Positions 50,307-57,658 of a DNA stretch of 64,000 bases are shown piece by piece. The position numbers were made by a program, and so were the translations under genes. Source of the DNA: Pyrodictiaceae archaeon (lineage in GTDB: Archaea; Thermoproteota; Thermoprotei_A; Sulfolobales; Pyrodictiaceae). Numbering within the stretch: position 1 is the first letter of the stretch; the number at the start of each line of letters is the position of its first letter. The notes under the pieces are model-generated. The model worked only from the letters and a program-made list of their open reading frames with translations. It was not told the DNA's origin and searched no databases. The stretch is from positions 708,880 through 772,879 of the forward strand of contig JALVSY010000007.1 of assembly GCA_027036135.1 (NCBI GenBank), in the 5' to 3' direction.

Positions 50307-50404
50307 ACTAACGTCTGCCCTCGCATAGCCAGGCTAGGCTATCTCGTCACTATCCTCTTATTTCCTCCTCGTTTGGGCTGTTAGCCCACAAGAGAACTCA
50401 TTAA

Positions 50405-50418
50405 TTAACACGTGTTAA
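50405..50418. promoter_or_regulatory. Perfect palindrome TTAACACGTGTTAA upstream of the octaheme cytochrome
   Basis: 14-bp perfect inverted repeat 116 nt before the ATG, just upstream of BRE/TATA-like CCGAAAAGTTAAG. Same consensus as the qNor promoter. Confidence 0.7.
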
Positions 50419-50533
50419 AGCTATGGTCTGCTCCGAAAAGTTAAGGTTGCAACGCTAAAACCAATGCCCCGCATTATAACATAGACTACCCGGACAACAA
50501 GGTAACGATGCACTATAAGAGGGAGGACAAGCC

Positions 50534-53188
50534 ATGAACATGAAATACCTATTTCTAGCCCTTTCGATAATAGCATTGTTAGTCCTCCCCTACATAGGAT
50601 TAATGGCGCCAGCCCACGCTGAGGACTACCAGGGCCCAGAGCCAAGGATGGGAAATGCGAGCATTAAAGAACTCCAACAGCTGTTAAAAAGCAACATAGT
50701 TAGCCCGCAAACGAAGGCTTGTATAGCATGCCACATAAAGTATACGCCTGGCATCGTCTACCAATGGCTAAATAGCGCTCACGCCCATCACCCCGCCATG
50801 GATGCAGCTGAGCTATACAAGGCGATAGGCGCCACCCAGTGGATAGATAAGATAAGCCCCAAGTTCAAGAACTACCACTATGTAGTAGGCTGCTACGAGT
50901 GCCACGGCATGTTCGCCGACAAGAATAGACCAGATGTATTCAACCACTTCGGCTTCAAAATAGTAACAATAGTAACCAGGAAGGATTGTGCACAATGCCA
51001 CCCTAAGGAGAACGCGGAGATAAGCTGGACATGGCACGCCACCGCCACTCTACACGCTACCTTCCTTCCATGGTACAAAGGCATACTAACATACGCAGCC
51101 AAGGTTCTAGGAGCCAACCCATTCGGTAACACTGAGCAGAAGAAACTATACGAGGAGTATTTCCCGCCATACTTGACCGAGAAACGTGACCAGCAACCAG
51201 TCTACTGGAACTTCTACGAAAAAATAGCTAAGGCAATCTACGACTACTTCAACCACAAGGCGACAAGCGAGGATATGCAGATAATAAACATGCTAAAGAA
51301 GGCAACCGGTATGATATCACCCTATGATAAGGACTTTAAGAACTGGATAAGCCCGCTATGGCCAGCAAGCGGCACGCTAAATACAACAGTACTGGAGAGA
51401 GACCATGTAGCAATAACAGTACCGGCGCTAGGGCTAGAGAACGGAACATACACTATCTACAACCCAATGAGTCATCCATGGTTCAGGAACGCTTACATGT
51501 ACCATGCATGTATAGAGTGCCACGGCTCCATAGTTATACCATACAAGGTTGTAACAGTAGATGTGAACGGCCTACCAACAAGACTGATGCTTTACTGGGG
51601 CTGGCCAAGCGTTGGAGCAGGACGCGTGGATCCAGACGGTAGCATAGGTACATGCACCGCCTGCCACGATGCCCACATGTTTAGCATAGCTCAAGCAAGA
51701 CATCCATGGACATGTGGCCGCTGCCACCTGGGCTATGATCACCCACAGATAGAGATCTATGAGGAGAGCGCACACGGCAATATAGAAAATGCTTACGGCA
51801 AGTATTATAACTGGGAGCACCTACCATGGCGCGTAGGCGTTGACTTCATAGCACCAACGTGCGCAACATGCCATATGAGCACTATAGCTGTAGTGTATCC
51901 AAATGGTACGGAACGCATAGTTGTAAAGGGTACGCACGATTTAGAGGCTAGATTAGTATGGGATGAGACACACTTCTTTGCAGTACCAAAGCCAATCATA
52001 CCAGACAAGGTGCAAGAGGCACTATTCCTGCACTACAGCGTGCTGAAAGGCGATCTAGGTGCTGTATTAAAAGCACACGAGGAACTGGTGAAAGAAGGGG
52101 CACCGATAAAGTGGCCAGTATACTGGGGCATAAAGATAAGCGAAGGCTATAAGCCAGGCCAGTTTGGCTTCCCAAGACTACTTAACATACAATTCACCGG
52201 CACACTAGCGCAGCACCGTGAGGAGATGAAGAAGGTATGTGAGCTATGCCACAGCATCCCGTGGGTAAACAACTACTTCAGAACAGCCGATCAGAACATG
52301 ATAGACTATGACGTAGTAGCGCACTTTGCGTTCAACCTACTAAAGCTAGCATGGAAGCTAGGCATACAGCACAAGAACAACTTAATGGACGAGTACATGG
52401 AGTGGTGGTGGTACTACATCTGGCACCACCAGGGCAGAAGATGGAGAATGGGCGCCTTCATGATGGGGCCTGATTACGCACACTGGTTCGGTATCGTTGA
52501 CACGATGAAGGCGCTAATGAAGATGACGGAATACTTTGATACAGCACTAAAGATTAGAGAATTACAAATGGAGATAGCTGCACTAAAGAAGCAGGCAACC
52601 GGAGCGCCATACATGCCGGGAGTACAAGCACAAATAGCACAGCTGCAACAACAGCTACAACTACTTGAATCACGCCTACAAGCACTACAAGCACAAGTAC
52701 CAGTAATACAGCAGCAGATAAGCAAACTAGATATGGACTTCAGCAAGAATGCAGCAAAGACACAGCAGAGCATTGCACAGATACATGAGAGCATACAAGA
52801 ATTGATGGCACAAATAGAGCAGCTAGCGAAGCAGCTACCATCAGCCCCGCAGAAACAAGAGATAGAGAAACTTGTAGCAGATATAGAGCAGACAATTAAC
52901 AAAATGCAGCAAATAGAGCAGCAGGTAAGTACTGCTGCAATGGCTGCAAAAGAAGCCAAGACTGAGGCAGCAAAGGCGAGCGAGGCAGCAGCAGCAGCCA
53001 AGAGCGCTGCGGCGGCAGCTAAGAGCACCGCTGGAGCAGCCTATGAAAAGGTAACAGAATTATCAAGCCAGGTCCACAGTCTAAGGACAAGTGTAGAGAA
53101 CATGGCTAGGGCTGCATTCGCGATAGGTGTTATAGCAATAGTTATAGCAATAATAGCTGCTGTGGTTGCCTTTATAAGAAGGGGCTAA
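50534..53188 (+). CDS. Octaheme cytochrome c, HAO family (epsilon-HAO/Ignicoccus OCC-like), with coiled-coil stalk and C-terminal TM anchor
   Basis: Signal peptide. Eight CxxCH (CIACH, CYECH, CAQCH, CIECH, CTACH, CGRCH, CATCH, CELCH), GYDHPQIEIYEESAHG and GAFMMGPDYAHWFG. Q/A-rich heptads, then a TM helix ending RRG. Confidence 0.92.
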   Translation: MNMKYLFLALSIIALLVLPYIGLMAPAHAEDYQGPEPRMGNASIKELQQLLKSNIVSPQTKACIACHIKYTPGIVYQWLNSAHAHHPAMDAAELYKAIGATQWIDKISPKFKNYHYVVGCYECHGMFADKNRPDVFNHFGFKIVTIVTRKDCAQCHPKENAEISWTWHATATLHATFLPWYKGILTYAAKVLGANPFGNTEQKKLYEEYFPPYLTEKRDQQPVYWNFYEKIAKAIYDYFNHKATSEDMQIINMLKKATGMISPYDKDFKNWISPLWPASGTLNTTVLERDHVAITVPALGLENGTYTIYNPMSHPWFRNAYMYHACIECHGSIVIPYKVVTVDVNGLPTRLMLYWGWPSVGAGRVDPDGSIGTCTACHDAHMFSIAQARHPWTCGRCHLGYDHPQIEIYEESAHGNIENAYGKYYNWEHLPWRVGVDFIAPTCATCHMSTIAVVYPNGTERIVVKGTHDLEARLVWDETHFFAVPKPIIPDKVQEALFLHYSVLKGDLGAVLKAHEELVKEGAPIKWPVYWGIKISEGYKPGQFGFPRLLNIQFTGTLAQHREEMKKVCELCHSIPWVNNYFRTADQNMIDYDVVAHFAFNLLKLAWKLGIQHKNNLMDEYMEWWWYYIWHHQGRRWRMGAFMMGPDYAHWFGIVDTMKALMKMTEYFDTALKIRELQMEIAALKKQATGAPYMPGVQAQIAQLQQQLQLLESRLQALQAQVPVIQQQISKLDMDFSKNAAKTQQSIAQIHESIQELMAQIEQLAKQLPSAPQKQEIEKLVADIEQTINKMQQIEQQVSTAAMAAKEAKTEAAKASEAAAAAKSAAAAAKSTAGAAYEKVTELSSQVHSLRTSVENMARAAFAIGVIAIVIAIIAAVVAFIRRG

Positions 53189-53333
53189 CCAAATAGCAAT
53201 AAGCCTCCATCCACACTAACATTTTTTAACATTCTTTTTTCAAGACCTAAATAATTTATAAGAAACTTACCGACTTTAAAATAATATTACTGACTAAAAG
53301 GATGGCGATAGGGAAAGAGATCGGTATTTAAGT

Positions 53334-54869
53334 GTGAGATTCTTGAAAAATGAATATATCGTGATCACTATAGCTATATTAGTGATATTGATGTTAACCT
53401 TAGCGCCTAGTATACTGATTGCTCAAGAAAACAGCTTCCTTAGTAAGTCATACATCTTCATCTCCTTGAGACCCCTCTTAGGAAAGAATTCATGGCAGGT
53501 AAACATTAGTGCAGACATAGAAGAAAACCTTTTCAGATGCAAAGGCGTGGTGAGGGCAAACCCGTATTATAGGGAGACAAGGGCGGTATCAGCAACGCTT
53601 CTCTCTGTACCACTATATTATGTCCTTGACTCAGTATGTCCTAACCTCACTCTTCTACTCGATGTCATAAAGCCAACTGGACTCGTTCACATAGTTATCA
53701 ATGTCCCTAGGAATTATTATATATATACTGCAATGGATTCTCGGGGATACGGTTCTCACGGAAAGTATGTGTTACTGCTTGGATTGTTCACTCATCAATA
53801 CCTATTTGATGGAATAGTTGTTGCTTCAAAAAGGTACTATAAAGCTGCTAGGATTTATAGAATTACTCTTATAGAGCCACGCGGTTCTGCATATAATTAT
53901 ACGCTTGTAGCCAGAGTCGTGGAATGTGTTAGTGGTTTTCTTCGCAAAGAGTTAGGGCCTAGCAATCGTAACCCCGTAGTGGTAGTTATTGCTGCTGGTT
54001 GGGATCATCCATATATGTTGACCGGGGTAGGATATAGCCTTGGTGGCGTCATATATATCAAGCCGGGCTCGGACCTAGGTAGTCTTATTCATCTTATTGC
54101 GCACGAGACTGTGCATAGCTGGATAGGGAAAGGTAAACTGCAAGGAGGACCAAGTCTAGTAGAGGGGGCCGCTGAGCTATTATCCCTATTAGCTCTCTCC
54201 TCCTGCAACAAGGAAATGTATAAAAAGGATCTCCTCTACGAAGTGATGAGCCAAAAAGCTAACCCTTACAATGTCTGGCTCCGACTCCACGCAGCAATAA
54301 GAGAGGCCTCCATATATGCTTGTAGAAGGGATCTCTATATTAAGGCACTTCACTTACTCTATGAACGGGGAAAAAAGAACGCCAATATATTCGATCTATT
54401 GATGACTATTAAGAAGTTAGCGAATAATTACAGTTGCCTAGACACTCTCGAGAAATACCTAGGTAGGGCATTATTAAACATAGGAAACGAATCGCTAAAA
54501 GAATTACTAAATACTTCACTAAAACAAGGAAATCAAGAAATAACACAATACTCCGTAACTAGTACTCGAATAATACGCACAACAGCATTAAAAACAAGTG
54601 CCGAGACCTTGATAAGATATCGTCATTTCACCAATAGCACGAATAGACCATTAAGAATACATGAGCGTGAGTTAACACGTGGCAAAGAATATAATAGTAC
54701 GGATACCAGGCACACTATAAACCGTATTAGTAACACAGAGCATAGCTTCAGAATAGTAAAAACCTGTGTCTTTAGTAATAAGCATAGTCTCTACTTGCTA
54801 GCCTTGTTAATCATAATTGTACTCAGCATTATTATCTATAATGTGCTGATAAGTAAATATTATATTTAA
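53334..54869 (+). CDS. Membrane-anchored gluzincin (M1-like) metallopeptidase
   Basis: Signal/TM N-terminus, IAHETVHSW...LVEGAAE (HExxH+E), Thr/Ser-rich linker and C-terminal TM helix. Confidence 0.7.
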   Translation: MRFLKNEYIVITIAILVILMLTLAPSILIAQENSFLSKSYIFISLRPLLGKNSWQVNISADIEENLFRCKGVVRANPYYRETRAVSATLLSVPLYYVLDSVCPNLTLLLDVIKPTGLVHIVINVPRNYYIYTAMDSRGYGSHGKYVLLLGLFTHQYLFDGIVVASKRYYKAARIYRITLIEPRGSAYNYTLVARVVECVSGFLRKELGPSNRNPVVVVIAAGWDHPYMLTGVGYSLGGVIYIKPGSDLGSLIHLIAHETVHSWIGKGKLQGGPSLVEGAAELLSLLALSSCNKEMYKKDLLYEVMSQKANPYNVWLRLHAAIREASIYACRRDLYIKALHLLYERGKKNANIFDLLMTIKKLANNYSCLDTLEKYLGRALLNIGNESLKELLNTSLKQGNQEITQYSVTSTRIIRTTALKTSAETLIRYRHFTNSTNRPLRIHERELTRGKEYNSTDTRHTINRISNTEHSFRIVKTCVFSNKHSLYLLALLIIIVLSIIIYNVLISKYYI

Positions 54870-54992
54870 TTTGGCTCAGACATAAAAAAGTGTTCCTACA
54901 AGCACTGAGTAAAACTTATTGATGCCTTCGATAATAGAGTTATTTGGATAGCTAGCAAAGAGTCTAAAAAGCTATCTTAGCCATTATGATGA

Positions 54993-55865
54993 TTGAGAGG
55001 TGGGCTCTTGATAAATCAATCAGCCGTAGTATTCTGTCTTACACAGATACCGGGATGCCCGTTACAAATGCTTATGAGAAAAACCGTGGAGTCCTCCTTA
55101 AACGAGACTAATAACACTAATAACAGTACTAGTAACTCTATGAATATCGTCCTAAACATGGTTTCAGGGATCGCTGGTCGTGTTCTCCGTGCTGGTCTTC
55201 ACCGAGAAGAAGGCTATACTGAGATCTGGCTGCGCATAAGTGGTGCTAGTGGTTACCTAGATCTATTCGAGAATAAAATGAGACAAGAAGAAGGGGTTGC
55301 TTTTCAAAAAATCTTTAGTAATAAGTTTAATACCGTATATCGGATACTAATAGAACATAATAAATGCCCATGTGCTAACGATAAAGTTACTCATTGCCCA
55401 TTATTAAAGGCTATGCCTGGAGCCATGGTAAAGTCTAGCATTATTACGCCGTACGGACTCCTCTGCGAATTCTTGGTCGCTAAGAGCAGAGTTATCTCAG
55501 AGTTAAAGCAGCGCGGCTGTAAGATACTCCTAATGCACGAGATAAATGGCTATGACTTCATGCTGACCCAGAAACAAGAACTCGCCATTATATATGCTTA
55601 CCTCATGGGCTATTATCACTTTCCGCGCAAAGTCAGCCTTAAGGAATTGGCAGCTAAGCTGGGTTTATCTGTTTCAACTCTTGCCGAATTGCTTAGAAAA
55701 GCTGAGGCAAAAGTTATTGATGCTTACATAAGGCATGAGTTACCTCATTATCTTGTAGGTCTAGTGATGAGCAAGAGCACCTATAGAGATTTTGTTGAAA
55801 ACCAATTTGGTTCAAAACATGAGGAGAAGAAAGAGAAAGTGTTAGTTGAGGCCAAGACTAGCTAG
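54993..55865 (+). CDS. Bat-type (HTH_10) transcriptional regulator with NarO/DmsR-like Cys motif
   Basis: GCPL...CPCANDKVTHC (C-Xn-CxC-X7-C) and LTQKQ...AYLMGYYHFPRKVSLKELAAKLGLSVSTLAELLRKAEAK. Confidence 0.85.
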   Translation: MRGGLLINQSAVVFCLTQIPGCPLQMLMRKTVESSLNETNNTNNSTSNSMNIVLNMVSGIAGRVLRAGLHREEGYTEIWLRISGASGYLDLFENKMRQEEGVAFQKIFSNKFNTVYRILIEHNKCPCANDKVTHCPLLKAMPGAMVKSSIITPYGLLCEFLVAKSRVISELKQRGCKILLMHEINGYDFMLTQKQELAIIYAYLMGYYHFPRKVSLKELAAKLGLSVSTLAELLRKAEAKVIDAYIRHELPHYLVGLVMSKSTYRDFVENQFGSKHEEKKEKVLVEAKTS

Positions 55866-56059
55866 AAGTACTTATTAACTAGAATATGTCTCGGCCCTTA
55901 TCTATTTCTTCGATGCCTACTTAATGAGAGTAAGTAGCTGCATGAGTAGGCTCCTTAAACGGCGTTGATGAAGCGCCAAACATTTTTCGGAGAAGAGTGA
56001 TAAGAGCTGTAGAGCCACTATGTGCCTTATGATGGGCCTCGAAGGGAGGATGCACGATA

Positions 56060-57628
56060 TTGCCAAGGTTTAGCAGGAAGTCCATGAGGCTTGATCTTAA
56101 GGCTTTTCAGCGCCAGAAGCGCAGTGGCCTTGTACTCATAGTAGTTATCTTAATTGCTGCAACTATCGCGTTTGGACTGGTTGCTTATATGGGCGATGTT
56201 TCTCACCTCTATTTCGAGGTAGAGGGAAAAGCTATTCCTAATCTGGCTACACTACAAAAGCTTATATCTAGCTCCAAGAAACCCGTTGCGGTAATGTTCG
56301 AGTCTCCTACATGCCCTGTTTGTAAGAGGATGTACCCTTACTGGGCTAAGCTTGAAGAAAGGAGTCCAACGCTTCCTGTAAGCTTTTACCATATATTATA
56401 TGGGCCTCAGACAGCCTCTGCTTTTCAGAAGTATCACGTATACGATACGCCAACATTCATAGTATTTGTTAATGGCAAGCCCGTGGCACGACATGTTGGT
56501 GCCTTTATTTCCGGAAATATTACGGATTCTATGTTAGCATGGGCTATTGGAGCCTCTGGGCTACCTCAAGTCATGAATCCAACCGAGCTTGCAAGACAAG
56601 GGCTGAGTATCTTTAATGAGAAGTGTGCTGCTTGCCACGGAATAATACCAGGAATTGATAAAAAATCAATACTATTATGGCTTAGAGGAAGGAAGGTAAT
56701 GAATGATCCATTAGCTAGCGTGTTCTACGAAGCACTGAAGAGGAATATGACGCTTGAAGAATACTTTGGCGGCTATACTAATCTGAGAGACACTGTCGCG
56801 ACTATGAGAAAATATACCGAGTTAACAGCATACGAGCTTAGCAGAACCACTTACCTACTCTCGTATATGTCTCATATTCTACTAGGGCTCAAGCCTCCGG
56901 TATTTAACTTGTCCGACGTAGCCACATTATTTAATTCAACTAGTCCTAAAGAGGCCCTGCCACTGAGAAGCAAAGAGGCCGGCCTAGCCGGACAAGCCGC
57001 TAGTATTATTAGTGCCGTAGCTGCGTTTGTCGCAGGATTCGTTGCAGCCTTCTCACCATGCGTCTTGCCTCTCCTAGTAACACAGGCAGCCACGATCAGT
57101 GCTACTGGGAGAAAGCTAAGTGCTAGTAATTGTGGACTATGTGGGTTTGCTTCATTTCTCGGCGTTATAGCTATAGGCTTATTATTTGTTATCGCGGGAG
57201 TCCTAGCTACAAGCATACAAGAGGTACTTTTACCGGTAATGGCATTAGCCATAATTGCTGCAGGTACAGCGAGCTTACTAGGTGTGCCAGTAGAACTCGA
57301 TACAATGCTAAGCACAAAACATGGAGGACTCTACGGCTTCTGCGCAGCATACGGGTTCCTCGCTGTTCAGTGTAGCCTGCCCTTAGTAGTAGGCTCGCTT
57401 CTCCTAGTATTGAGCGCAGGGGCTGGAATCTCGGGAATACTAGTAGCTGCTAGCTTTGCCCTAGGCGTAAGTCTCCCCCTAGCGATCGTGCTTTATGCTG
57501 TCTCGAGGCTTGGTGCAGGCGTTGTCAATAAGATAATGCAACACAAGAGAGCACTCGATATAATGGGCGGCTTAGTGCTTCTTGGCTCAGGTCTCTACCT
57601 GCTACTATACTCGTTAGGATTTGTTTAA
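56060..57628 (+). CDS. ccdA: Thioredoxin - monoheme cytochrome c - CcdA/DsbD fusion protein
   Basis: TM helix, then FESPTCPVC...TPTFIVFVNGKPV (Trx), GLSIFNEKCAACHG (cytochrome c), and AFSPCVLPLL plus VQCSLPL within six TM helices (CcdA). Confidence 0.85.
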   Translation: MPRFSRKSMRLDLKAFQRQKRSGLVLIVVILIAATIAFGLVAYMGDVSHLYFEVEGKAIPNLATLQKLISSSKKPVAVMFESPTCPVCKRMYPYWAKLEERSPTLPVSFYHILYGPQTASAFQKYHVYDTPTFIVFVNGKPVARHVGAFISGNITDSMLAWAIGASGLPQVMNPTELARQGLSIFNEKCAACHGIIPGIDKKSILLWLRGRKVMNDPLASVFYEALKRNMTLEEYFGGYTNLRDTVATMRKYTELTAYELSRTTYLLSYMSHILLGLKPPVFNLSDVATLFNSTSPKEALPLRSKEAGLAGQAASIISAVAAFVAGFVAAFSPCVLPLLVTQAATISATGRKLSASNCGLCGFASFLGVIAIGLLFVIAGVLATSIQEVLLPVMALAIIAAGTASLLGVPVELDTMLSTKHGGLYGFCAAYGFLAVQCSLPLVVGSLLLVLSAGAGISGILVAASFALGVSLPLAIVLYAVSRLGAGVVNKIMQHKRALDIMGGLVLLGSGLYLLLYSLGFV

Positions 57629-57658
57629 TCTCCATGAGTATGCGGGGGGTAGTCGAGT

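Noticed and set aside
52474-53028. Cys/Ala-rich 184-aa antisense ORF
   Set aside because: It is the shadow of the CAG/GCA-rich coiled-coil codons on the plus strand.
55960-56040. TTGATGA...CGGA...GTGATAA as a possible C/D sRNA
   Set aside because: No terminal D box. More simply the ccm promoter region.
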